64,000 nucleotides of DNA from a virus (taxonomy: Duplodnaviria > Heunggongvirae > Uroviricota > Caudoviricetes), in the IMG/VR virus record IMGVR_UViG_3300003332_000015, positions 82,576 through 146,575 of that record. One strand, 5' to 3'. Shown one piece after another: positions 18,078 through 25,282 of this stretch. Positions within the stretch are counted from its first letter, which is position 1. Each line of letters opens with the position of its first letter. The notes beneath the pieces are model-generated. The model saw only the letters and a program-made list of their open reading frames with translations. It did no database searches and had not been told where the DNA came from. Position numbers and translations under genes: made by a program.

Positions 18078-18668
18078 ATGTATTACATTCACAATTATAT
18101 TGAAGACACTTGGAGATCTACAAAAACTTGGTGGGATTTAGTAGAGTATTTTTATAGACCTAAAGTAGATTATTTTGGATTTAAATATTTCTTTGATGAT
18201 GGTTTTGACAATATTGCTCATAGCAAGAATGATACAAAGCTTAGTTATGTTCCAATATCTGAAGGTTCATATGCTACGAAAGCTGTTTATGTACCAAGAT
18301 CGGAAATCATTTATAATGATGATATGGTAATTGTAAATATTGCTGACATTAAAAGGGCTTTAAAAGTTTTCAAACCAAGAGAAGAATCTTATCCTTATAA
18401 AAGTACATGGATGAGAAGAGGTAGATACTTCCAGTTTGAATTTCGTGTAGACCCTGTTCCTTATGTTGGAACTGGAAGAGGAGGAGGAAGTAGTTACAGA
18501 AAACCTAAAAGGAATAAAAACTACTTTGCTAAATTACAAGAGTTTGAAGAGTTTGATTCAAGAGTTAGAAAAGGTATTTTTGATGTCAGTCTTTGGTGGG
18601 ATGACTTTCCATATAGAGGTACTGTAAAATCTTGGAAGAATAAAAAGAAAAAGAAACAATGGATGTAA
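18078..18668 (+). CDS. hypothetical protein (RGG/basic C-terminal region)
   Basis: 196-aa ORF with RBS GGAG. Confidence 0.5.
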   Translation: MYYIHNYIEDTWRSTKTWWDLVEYFYRPKVDYFGFKYFFDDGFDNIAHSKNDTKLSYVPISEGSYATKAVYVPRSEIIYNDDMVIVNIADIKRALKVFKPREESYPYKSTWMRRGRYFQFEFRVDPVPYVGTGRGGGSSYRKPKRNKNYFAKLQEFEEFDSRVRKGIFDVSLWWDDFPYRGTVKSWKNKKKKKQWM

Positions 18669-18679
18669 ATTCATTACGA

Positions 18680-18752
18680 TCCTCTATAGCTCAATTGGTA
18701 GAGCGTCCGGCTGTTAACCGGAAGGTTGGTGGTTCAAGTCCATCTAGGGGAG
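18680..18752 (+). tRNA. tRNA-Asn (GUU)
   Basis: Loop cuGUUaa, T-arm ggtgg-TTCAAGT-ccatc. Confidence 0.85.
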
Positions 18753-18764
18753 CTAGGAGTTATT

Positions 18765-18920
18765 ATGAAATGTAATGGTAACATTCATGACAGAATTGCT
18801 AAAGAACTTGAAAGAATAAAAAATATGGATATAAAAGAACATCCTATGTCTCCTCCAAAAGATGAGATTTATTATGTGAAATTAGTTGAAAAAGAAAAAG
18901 ATTTAAACTTGCCTCTTTAG
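18765..18920 (+). CDS. small hypothetical protein
   Basis: ATG after AGGAG, downstream of tRNA-Asn. Confidence 0.3.
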   Translation: MKCNGNIHDRIAKELERIKNMDIKEHPMSPPKDEIYYVKLVEKEKDLNLPL

Positions 18921-18983
18921 TACAGTGGATTAGTGCATAGGATTTCGGATCCTAGAACACCGGTTCGAGTCCGGTAGGAGGTT
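18911..18983 (+). tRNA. tRNA-Arg (UCG)
   Basis: Stem tagga/tccta, loop uuUCGga, T-arm accgg-TTCGAGT-ccggt. Confidence 0.75.
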
Positions 18984-18985
18984 TA

Positions 18986-19171
18986 ATGAAAGAAGGAGAT
19001 TTTGTAAAAGTTGTTCACTGTAAAAGATCAAAGTATATGAACAGTGAATTTTTGAAATGGGTAGACGGACATAAAGATATAAAGTATTATGTTCTTTCAG
19101 CAGTAGGTAATAGAGTAAGACTTTCAAAAGTTGGTTTCCTTATTACAACTGAATTTTTAGAAAAAGTTTAA
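18986..19171 (+). CDS. small hypothetical protein
   Basis: 61-aa ORF between tRNAs. Confidence 0.3.
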   Translation: MKEGDFVKVVHCKRSKYMNSEFLKWVDGHKDIKYYVLSAVGNRVRLSKVGFLITTEFLEKV

Positions 19172-19176
19172 ATTAA

Positions 19177-19249
19177 GGGCCATTAGCTCAGTTGGTAGAG
19201 CGCCGGTTTTGCAAATCGGATGTCGAGAGTTCGAGCCTCTCATGTGTCC
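19177..19249 (+). tRNA. tRNA-Ala (UGC)-like gene with a defective acceptor stem (possible pseudogene)
   Basis: Canonical D-arm, stem ccggt/atcgg, loop uuUGCaa, T-arm gagag-TTCGAGC-ctctc. Acceptor gggccat vs atgtgtc pairs at only 5 of 7 positions. Confidence 0.5.
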
Positions 19250-19325
19250 ATCGGGAATAGTCCCTTACAGTAAATCATATACTTAACCGGTCAATGGATA
19301 TATGGTGGATAGTTGGTGGCGATAC

Positions 19326-19378
19326 TGGACAGAGATAAGGCCTTATCTCTTAATGGTGGTTCGATTCCATCTTTCTGA
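19326..19378 (+). ncRNA. tRNA-like minihelix element (acceptor-like stem + GGCC-loop hairpin + canonical T-arm); not a full tRNA
   Basis: cagaga...tttctg stem, hairpin agagataaGGCCttatctct, T-arm ggtgg-TTCGATT-ccatc. Homologous to the 21485-21633 element. Confidence 0.4.
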
Positions 19379-19442
19379 ATTTGAGATTCTTAACTGTTCT
19401 TCCTCTTGTAAGAAACAGTCAGTGAGGTGAAATGCCAAGCCA

Positions 19443-19513
19443 GGCCTTATAGTATAATGGTAGTGCGGGAGATTGTCTATCTTCAAGTCAGGGTTCGACT
19501 CCCTGTAGGGTCG
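19443..19513 (+). tRNA. tRNA-Asp (GUC)
   Basis: Acceptor ggcctta/tagggtc, loop uuGUCua, T-arm caggg-TTCGACT-ccctg. Confidence 0.8.
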
Positions 19514-19637
19514 CTAAGGATAATTAAAAATGGAGAATTGGTTTCAAGACATAGAATTTTTCCTAGATGAGAAAGGGGATATTCAACCTAAAAAAAATAT
19601 TAAAAAGGATACAATTGATATTTTGGAGTTGTATAAG

Positions 19638-19770
19638 TATGAAAGACAAATTTGTTTGCAAGAAATGCAAAAATAAATATCTTTGGGTATTAAAAGCAGA
19701 AGAACATCTTTGTGTTTATTGTAAAGGAGAATATCCTGATGGAACAGAGTGTAAAGGTGGTAAAAAATAA
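19638..19770 (+). CDS. small zinc-ribbon protein
   Basis: CKKCKNK...CVYCKGE motif. Confidence 0.3.
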
Positions 19771-19773
19771 CAT

Positions 19774-19846
19774 GCGGGTATAGTTCAACTGGATAGAGCA
19801 TAGGCCTTCTAAGCCTACAATAGGGGTTCGAGTCCTCTTACCCGTA
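19774..19846 (+). tRNA. tRNA-Arg (UCU)
   Basis: Stem taggc/gccta, loop cuUCUaa. Confidence 0.85.
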
Positions 19847-19980
19847 ATAAGTTCTTGTATCAATTTAATAACGTTTAAGGGATTGGTTGCTAGATATTCG
19901 TGACATGTTCACTGAGGCATTAGTGTCCTAGACGATATCATGGAAGTTGGCTCGAAAGGCTTTCTGAAAGAACTTTTTAT

Positions 19981-20052
19981 AGCTTCTTGGTGTAACGGTT
20001 AGCACAGTGGGATTTGGCCCCGCCAGTGAGGGTTCGAATCCTTCAGGAGCTG
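19981..20052 (+). tRNA. tRNA-Gln (UUG)
   Basis: Stem gtggg/cccgc, loop auUUGgc (G37 unusual), T-arm gaggg-TTCGAAT-ccttc. Confidence 0.65.
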
Positions 20053-20066
20053 ATAGGAGATAAAAA

Positions 20067-20252
20067 ATGAGTATTAAAGAACAAAAATTAGTTGATATTT
20101 GTTTTCAAATTGGTTTAGTAATACATAATCAATCGGATTACTTTAAAGATTTATCTTCAGATGAAACAGCTGATTGGATTGCTAACCAATTAAGATGGTG
20201 TGGTTTTCCTACAGAACCAGTAGGTTGTTCACATGGAGTTTTGATTAAATAA
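20067..20252 (+). CDS. small hypothetical protein
   Basis: 61-aa ORF with RBS. Confidence 0.3.
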   Translation: MSIKEQKLVDICFQIGLVIHNQSDYFKDLSSDETADWIANQLRWCGFPTEPVGCSHGVLIK

Positions 20253-20258
20253 AATTTA

Positions 20259-20332
20259 GAACCATTAGCTCAACCTGGTAGAGCATCCGGCTTTTAACCG
20301 GAATGTTAAAGGTTCAAATCCTTTATGGTTCA
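20259..20332 (+). tRNA. tRNA-Lys (UUU)
   Basis: Perfect acceptor gaaccat/atggttc, loop cuUUUaa. Confidence 0.9.
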
Positions 20333-20344
20333 TAATATATGATT

Positions 20345-20431
20345 GGAGGGGCAAGCCAATAGGTGGTGGCCGCAGTTTTGAAAACTGTTAGGAGTGAAAG
20401 TCTCGTGTGGGTTCGATTCCCACTCCCTCCG
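20345..20431 (+). tRNA. tRNA-Ser (UGA), type II
   Basis: Acceptor ggagggg/tccctcc, loop uuUGAaa, long variable arm. Confidence 0.8.
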
Positions 20432-20436
20432 TACTT

Positions 20437-20520
20437 GGAAGGGTGCCCGAATGGTAAGGGAGCAGATTGCTAATCTGTGGCCGAGTAATCGGTCTGGAGG
20501 TTCGAGTCCTCTCCCTTCCG
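20437..20520 (+). tRNA. tRNA-Ser (GCU), type II
   Basis: Acceptor ggaaggg/cccttcc, loop uuGCUaa, long variable arm. Confidence 0.8.
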
Positions 20521-20529
20521 TAAAAGTTT

Positions 20530-20580
20530 TTAAAATTTATTTAAAAAAACTTAAATTTTTATTATTATATTAATGTAAGT
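20530..20580 (+). promoter_or_regulatory. phage promoter motif
   Basis: ttaaaaaaacttaaatttttattattatattaatgtaagt. Confidence 0.55.
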
Positions 20581-20592
20581 AAAAGAAATTAA

Positions 20593-20904
20593 ATGGAGAA
20601 TAAAATGGATGTTCCAAAAGAATTAAAAGCGGAAGTACTTGCTGAACTATATAATAATAGTCAACCATTGGGTATGGGTTTTTTACATTTTACACCTGCA
20701 CCAATGTCAGTAGACCAAGCTGATGAATTATTAATACATGTTGATCATAATGGAGATGTTTATTTTGATTATCTTCAAGGACGTGTAATGAAAATAAATT
20801 TTCGTTCTGATACTGATGAAGTTGAAACGTGGTTATATAATAGAGATAACGGTGATAATGCAGCTGAAAGATGTCTTGAAACTGTATTAGACCGTCACAA
20901 ATAA
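20593..20904 (+). CDS. hypothetical protein
   Basis: ORF after a promoter motif. Confidence 0.5.
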   Translation: MENKMDVPKELKAEVLAELYNNSQPLGMGFLHFTPAPMSVDQADELLIHVDHNGDVYFDYLQGRVMKINFRSDTDEVETWLYNRDNGDNAAERCLETVLDRHK

Positions 20905-20918
20905 AAGCATAGAAGGAG

Positions 20919-21218
20919 ATGATTATTATGCTGATTAAGTATGTGAGAAATGGAGAGGGTAACAGAGTGGGAGTCGTAGTGGCTACTGGTGCTTCTAAGG
21001 TTGGTTGGAGTCTTTGTAATAAGAAAGATAAATGGGACCGAAAGAAAGGACTTATGATAGCTAGTAATCGAGCAGAAAGAGGATTTCATTCTGTAATTCC
21101 AACAATGTATGTTAAGGAACATGATTGTGAAACTGGAAAAGTTATTCAGAGAGAAGTAATGGTAAGTGCTTTCAACCACATGGAAGAAAGAGCTTTAAGT
21201 TATTACAAAGAAGTATAA
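20919..21218 (+). CDS. hypothetical protein
   Basis: ORF with RBS GGAG. Confidence 0.5.
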   Translation: MIIMLIKYVRNGEGNRVGVVVATGASKVGWSLCNKKDKWDRKKGLMIASNRAERGFHSVIPTMYVKEHDCETGKVIQREVMVSAFNHMEERALSYYKEV

Positions 21219-21237
21219 TACCCCAAAAATTAAAAAG

Positions 21238-21270
21238 CGGGACAGGATAAAAACTGTCTCGATTTTATTT
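21238..21270 (+). terminator. rho-independent terminator
   Basis: cgggacag-gataaaaa-ctgtctcg stem followed by attttattt. Confidence 0.5.
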
Positions 21271-21273
21271 CAT

Positions 21274-21347
21274 GCTTCTTTAACTCAGTTGGTTAGAGTG
21301 TCGGTTTTACATACCGGAAGTCCTTGGTTCAAATCCAAGAAGAAGTA
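21274..21347 (+). tRNA. tRNA-Val (UAC)
   Basis: Loop uuUACau, T-arm cttgg-TTCAAAT-ccaag. Confidence 0.85.
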
Positions 21348-21356
21348 TATTATTTT

Positions 21357-21477
21357 GGCCGAATGGCGGAACTGGTAGACGCGCCGGACTTAGAGCAGCT
21401 TCGGATTGGAAACAATGGAGCTCCTCTAAAATCCGGTTCCTGTAATGGGAGTGAGGGTTCGAGTCCCTCTTCGGCTA
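21357..21477 (+). tRNA. type-II tRNA-Leu-like gene with a ~36-nt insertion in the anticodon loop
   Basis: Acceptor ggccgaa/ttcggct, Leu-type D-arm ggaactggtagac, stem ccgga/tccgg around a 43-nt loop beginning cuUAGag (UAG at canonical position, A37), long variable arm, T-arm gaggg-TTCGAGT-ccctc. Confidence 0.6.
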
Positions 21478-21484
21478 ATATTAT

Positions 21485-21633
21485 GGCAGAATAAGCCTTA
21501 TTTTTGAGATGTTATAACGAAAAGTACTTAGTAGTTATAGTGTGTTAATTATACTGTACTGATATTGGAAAGATGATTTATTTGTTGCAACATTTAGAAA
21601 GTCTTAATGGAGGTTCGATTCCTTCTTCTGTCC
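21485..21633 (+). ncRNA. tRNA-like element: 7-bp acceptor-like stem + canonical T-arm with ~100-nt internal insertion
   Basis: ggcagaa...ttctgtc pairing; T-arm ggagg-TTCGATT-ccttc; flanks taagcctta and cttaatgg collinear with the 19326-19378 element. Confidence 0.4.
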
Positions 21634-21660
21634 CTATAAATTTTAAAAGGAGAAAAAAAA

Positions 21661-21933
21661 ATGAATGATGATATGGGTAAGGAACCTGTTAAAAGTACAA
21701 TGACAAGTAATATATTAAATCATATGTATAATCTAATGGAGATGTCTTTAGATTTAGAGTTAGTAACTAATCAAGTAACTAGAACATTTTTTGGTGATCA
21801 ACCTCCATCAGATGAAAAAGATAGTGTAAGAGTTGAAAATAATGAGCCTGGTTTTGAAACTTCTATAAATAGAGCAATAGATGTTTTATACTATAGAATA
21901 CAGGAAGCAATTCTTTTACTAAAAAAATTATAA
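21661..21933 (+). CDS. hypothetical protein
   Basis: 90-aa ORF with strong RBS. Confidence 0.45.
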   Translation: MNDDMGKEPVKSTMTSNILNHMYNLMEMSLDLELVTNQVTRTFFGDQPPSDEKDSVRVENNEPGFETSINRAIDVLYYRIQEAILLLKKL

Positions 21934-21958
21934 ATATGTTACTAATACAGTAACTATT

Positions 21959-22032
21959 TTGGTTCTATAGTCTAATCGGTTAGGACACCAGGTTTTCATC
22001 CTGGCAACCGTGGGTTCGAATCCCCGTAGAAC
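21959..22032 (+). tRNA. tRNA-Glu (UUC)
   Basis: Acceptor ggttcta/tagaact, stem ccagg/cctgg, loop uuUUCau; T-stem has one bulge. Confidence 0.75.
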
Positions 22033-22156
22033 TATTTTAAATTTACACCAAAAAGGAGTCCTATTATGAGAAAATAGATACATCCACCTTAACCTTTATA
22101 TTGTCATATTAAAAGTTGAAAACTAATAATTACATACAATATACAAGGGAAAAATA

Positions 22157-22471
22157 ATGAAATATATAAAGAATGATTTAACAGAATTAAGAAAGAAAAT
22201 TAAGGAAACGAGAGAAATAAGTAAGACAGCAAAAGATATGTGGGATAGATCATCCGCACAATGTAAGTTACATAGTTTAAAACAACAATACAGAAATAAA
22301 CATGTATTGTATTGTTTATGTAAAGGTCGTACTTATAAAGAAATTGAAGCTAAAGTACGTGAAGATAATGAATTACATATTCCAAGTTTAAAAAGATTAT
22401 GTATAGGATATGAAACATTATCTTTTAATGAAATTAGTGAGGAACAGTTAGAAGGATTATTAAAATGGTAA
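22157..22471 (+). CDS. hypothetical protein
   Basis: 104-aa ORF. Confidence 0.45.
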   Translation: MKYIKNDLTELRKKIKETREISKTAKDMWDRSSAQCKLHSLKQQYRNKHVLYCLCKGRTYKEIEAKVREDNELHIPSLKRLCIGYETLSFNEISEEQLEGLLKW

Positions 22472-22833
22472 AGCAAGTAATAATTGTTAGAACTGATTTG
22501 GATATGCCTCTTGGAAGAATTTCGGCACAAGCAGCACATGCTTCAATTGCAGTTTTTCTTGATATGGGAAAATGGAACAAAGATAGTTTTACATTAAATA
22601 ATGTTCCAGAGGATATTCAGTATTGGATGAAAGAATCTTTTACTAAAGTAATATTAAAAGTTCATAGTGAAGAAGAATTAAATGCTTTAGCAGAATATGC
22701 TGAATTAACAAACTTACCTTACGCAATGATATCTGACGATATTAAAAAGAAAATGCACAAGATGGCTTTAGCCATTGGTCCTGCAACAAACGATAAATTA
22801 GATGTTATTACAAAAGGTTTAAAACTTTTATGA
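22465..22833 (+). CDS. peptidyl-tRNA hydrolase, PTH2 family
   Basis: N-terminal VIIVRTDLDMPLGRISAQAAHA matches the PTH2 signature. Confidence 0.65.
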   Translation: MVKQVIIVRTDLDMPLGRISAQAAHASIAVFLDMGKWNKDSFTLNNVPEDIQYWMKESFTKVILKVHSEEELNALAEYAELTNLPYAMISDDIKKKMHKMALAIGPATNDKLDVITKGLKLL

Positions 22834-22881
22834 TTTAGAAATTACATAGTGGTGAGGGTACCAAGTAACTTCACCACACTT

Positions 22882-22954
22882 GCCCTTATCGTATAATGGT
22901 TAGTACAACACCCTCTAAAAGTGTTTGGTTTGGGTTCGACTCCCAATAAGCGGC
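22882..22954 (+). tRNA. tRNA-like gene with anticodon CUA (putative amber suppressor); acceptor stem imperfect
   Basis: D-arm gtataatggttagtac, stem acacc/agtgt (C31·A39), loop cuCUAaa, T-arm ttggg-TTCGACT-cccaa. Acceptor gccctta vs taagcgg pairs at 5 of 7. Confidence 0.45.
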
Positions 22955-22958
22955 ATTT

Positions 22959-23031
22959 GGGAGAGTAACTCAGTGGTTAGAGTTCGGAGCTGATATCTCC
23001 GCGGTCGATGGTTCGACTCCATCTTTTCCCA
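22959..23031 (+). tRNA. tRNA-Ile (GAU)
   Basis: Stem cggag/ctccg, loop cuGAUau, T-arm gatgg-TTCGACT-ccatc. Confidence 0.85.
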
Positions 23032-23120
23032 TATTTATGTAGGTGTCGAAAGACTTTAAGGATACGCAGAAGGGCAACGTTTGTTCACCCTTTACCTATT
23101 ATTAAATAAGGAGACTTAAA

Positions 23121-23687
23121 ATGAATGAAGAAATAGAAGTTAGTGAATTATTATCTATTATTGGTAATTGGTTAAAAAGAAATAAGAAAATTGTTTTAAT
23201 TACCTTTGGTATAATACTTAGTGTATTAGCAATTGTAATGTTTTTTGTAAAAGTTATTGAACTACCCATTAAAGAAGGAAGAGTAGTTGAAAGAACATAT
23301 GATGAAGAACATGTTGCTTATTTAGAAGATAGAAAATCTGTAAAACGTACAGAAGTTTATACCACAACTAATTCGAAAGGTAATATAGTTGTAAGGATTA
23401 GACAAGTACATGACTATTATATGTATTGTGTTGATAAGCATTTAGATAGAGAAGACTATATTGTAAGAATAGAACAACCATCTAAGAAACATGAAGGAAA
23501 AATTCTTGGACGTTATATATATGTTTCTAAAGAAATATATGATAAGTTAGAAATTAAAGATTATTTTGTAGCAGATTTTAAAGAAAGAAAAGAATCTACT
23601 AGAGATAAAAATAATAGTATAAGTCAAGTTACTGATTGGTCACGATTACATGTTAATATGGAACCTTGGCTTACTAAACAGTATTAA
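23121..23687 (+). CDS. membrane-anchored hypothetical protein
   Basis: N-terminal hydrophobic helix after a short charged segment. Confidence 0.5.
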   Translation: MNEEIEVSELLSIIGNWLKRNKKIVLITFGIILSVLAIVMFFVKVIELPIKEGRVVERTYDEEHVAYLEDRKSVKRTEVYTTTNSKGNIVVRIRQVHDYYMYCVDKHLDREDYIVRIEQPSKKHEGKILGRYIYVSKEIYDKLEIKDYFVADFKERKESTRDKNNSISQVTDWSRLHVNMEPWLTKQY

Positions 23688-23692
23688 AAAAT

Positions 23693-23767
23693 GTCCTCTT
23701 AGCCAAGTGGTCAAAGGCGGGGGATTGCAAATCCCCTAGTTCCTCAGTTCGAATCTGAGAGAGGACT
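23693..23767 (+). tRNA. tRNA-Cys (GCA)
   Basis: Perfect acceptor gtcctct/agaggac, loop uuGCAaa. Confidence 0.85.
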
Positions 23768-23783
23768 TATAATTTTTAGGAGT

Positions 23784-24098
23784 ATGAAAATGAAAGATGC
23801 TTTAGGTTTTGAAATGGAAATTGGAAAATTATATGGTTATTCTAATAGGACTAATGGTTGGGTTAAAGTTGTAATAGGAATTTGTACTAAAATAAACGAA
23901 TCTAGTGTTACATTACAAGTTATAAAACGTGGTTCAACAATTTACAATGATAATATTAAACAAGAAGATTTAAAAAGAAGAAGTACTATTAGTCCAAATA
24001 GTAATTCTTTATTTCCATTACCAAATTCAGATACTGATTGGGATTATGATGTTGTATCAAAACCTAAAGGATTAAGAAATCATAGGGAGATTAATTAA
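23784..24098 (+). CDS. hypothetical protein
   Basis: ORF with RBS AGGAG. Confidence 0.45.
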   Translation: MKMKDALGFEMEIGKLYGYSNRTNGWVKVVIGICTKINESSVTLQVIKRGSTIYNDNIKQEDLKRRSTISPNSNSLFPLPNSDTDWDYDVVSKPKGLRNHREIN

Positions 24099-24099
24099 A

Positions 24100-24348
24100 A
24101 TGCATGAAAAATTACACTCTATAAAATTTATGTTAATGGCAATTGGAAAAGTACTATTACCAATATTTATTGTTTTACTTGTTTTGATAATGTTATCAAC
24201 TGCTATTACTGTTAATATAACAAAATGTACAATTGAAGTATTTAAGGAATTACAAGAACAAAATTCTTCAATTTCACAGGAATTTGGTAAAGCTATTGGT
24301 GCAATAGTTAACGAATTTGAAAAAGGATTAGATGAAAGTAGAAAATGA
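24100..24348 (+). CDS. small membrane protein
   Basis: Single strong TM helix. Confidence 0.4.
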   Translation: MHEKLHSIKFMLMAIGKVLLPIFIVLLVLIMLSTAITVNITKCTIEVFKELQEQNSSISQEFGKAIGAIVNEFEKGLDESRK

Positions 24349-24516
24349 AAACACATGAAATTTCTATTTTTATAGACGATAAAAATTATGTAGATAGTTT
24401 AATTATCAGTCTTGTACGAATGGGGTATGAAGCTTATTTATCTTATGATAAAGATGCTGTATGTTTTACTACTTGTGGAGATGAAGTAAAAGAAATAACT
24501 AAAGGAAATAAACAAA

Positions 24517-25233
24517 GTGAGTAGAATATTTGTAACAGGCGATACACATGGTGGAGCTGTTGGTGATTTGGATAAATTAACATCAGACAGCTTTAAAGAA
24601 GGAAAAACACTTACTAAAGATGATTATGTCATTATATGTGGTGATTTCGGTTTGATTTGGGATGTTAAAAAAAGTAGTAAAAGAGAACAGTATTATTTAG
24701 ACTGGTTAGACGAAAAACCTTGGACCACTTTATTCCTTGATGGTAACCATGAAAATCATAAAAGATTAGATGCTTTACCAACTGAAATTAAGTTTAATAA
24801 TCCTGTAGGTAAAGTAAATAATTCAATTTACCATTTAAGAAGAGGATACATTTATACTATAAATAAACAATATTTTTTTGTTTTTGGTGGTGGATTTTCT
24901 ATAGACAAAGCAAGACGAACTACTGATATCTCTTGGTGGGAAAGAGAAATGCCTAATCAAGAAGAATACCAAAGAGGTTTTGATCAATTAGCTTTTCATG
25001 ATAATAAAGTAGACTATATACTAACTCATTCTTGTAGTAATAAAATGTTTAAAGAACTATCTTATCATCAAAACATGGATCATAAAATATCTGGAGAAGA
25101 TGATTTAAGAAATTATTTTGATACAGTTGAGGAAACAGTTAAGTACAAAAGATGGTATTATGGCCACTTTCATTATGATTATCTTTTTGATAAATCACAA
25201 ATATTATATAATTTAGTTGTAGAATTGATTTAA
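24517..25233 (+). CDS. sbcD: SbcD/Mre11-like nuclease (T4 gp47-like metallophosphoesterase)
   Basis: GDTHGG and GDF...GNHE phosphoesterase motifs; immediately upstream of the SbcC-like gene, as in T4 47-46. Confidence 0.7.
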   Translation: MSRIFVTGDTHGGAVGDLDKLTSDSFKEGKTLTKDDYVIICGDFGLIWDVKKSSKREQYYLDWLDEKPWTTLFLDGNHENHKRLDALPTEIKFNNPVGKVNNSIYHLRRGYIYTINKQYFFVFGGGFSIDKARRTTDISWWEREMPNQEEYQRGFDQLAFHDNKVDYILTHSCSNKMFKELSYHQNMDHKISGEDDLRNYFDTVEETVKYKRWYYGHFHYDYLFDKSQILYNLVVELI

Positions 25234-25269
25234 AAAATGTAAATAATTTATTATTATAGTAGTATAAGG
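25232..25269 (+). promoter_or_regulatory. phage promoter motif upstream of sbcC
   Basis: taaaaaatgtaaataatttattattatagtagtataagg. Confidence 0.45.
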
Positions 25270-25282
25270 AAAATAAAAATAA

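Noticed and set aside
17811-18092. Minus-strand ORF 17811..18092 and plus-strand ORFs overlapping tRNAs (e.g. 13407..13601, 18726..18920 N-terminal part)
   Set aside because: They overlap well-supported tRNA genes; translations are artefacts of GC-richer tRNA sequence.
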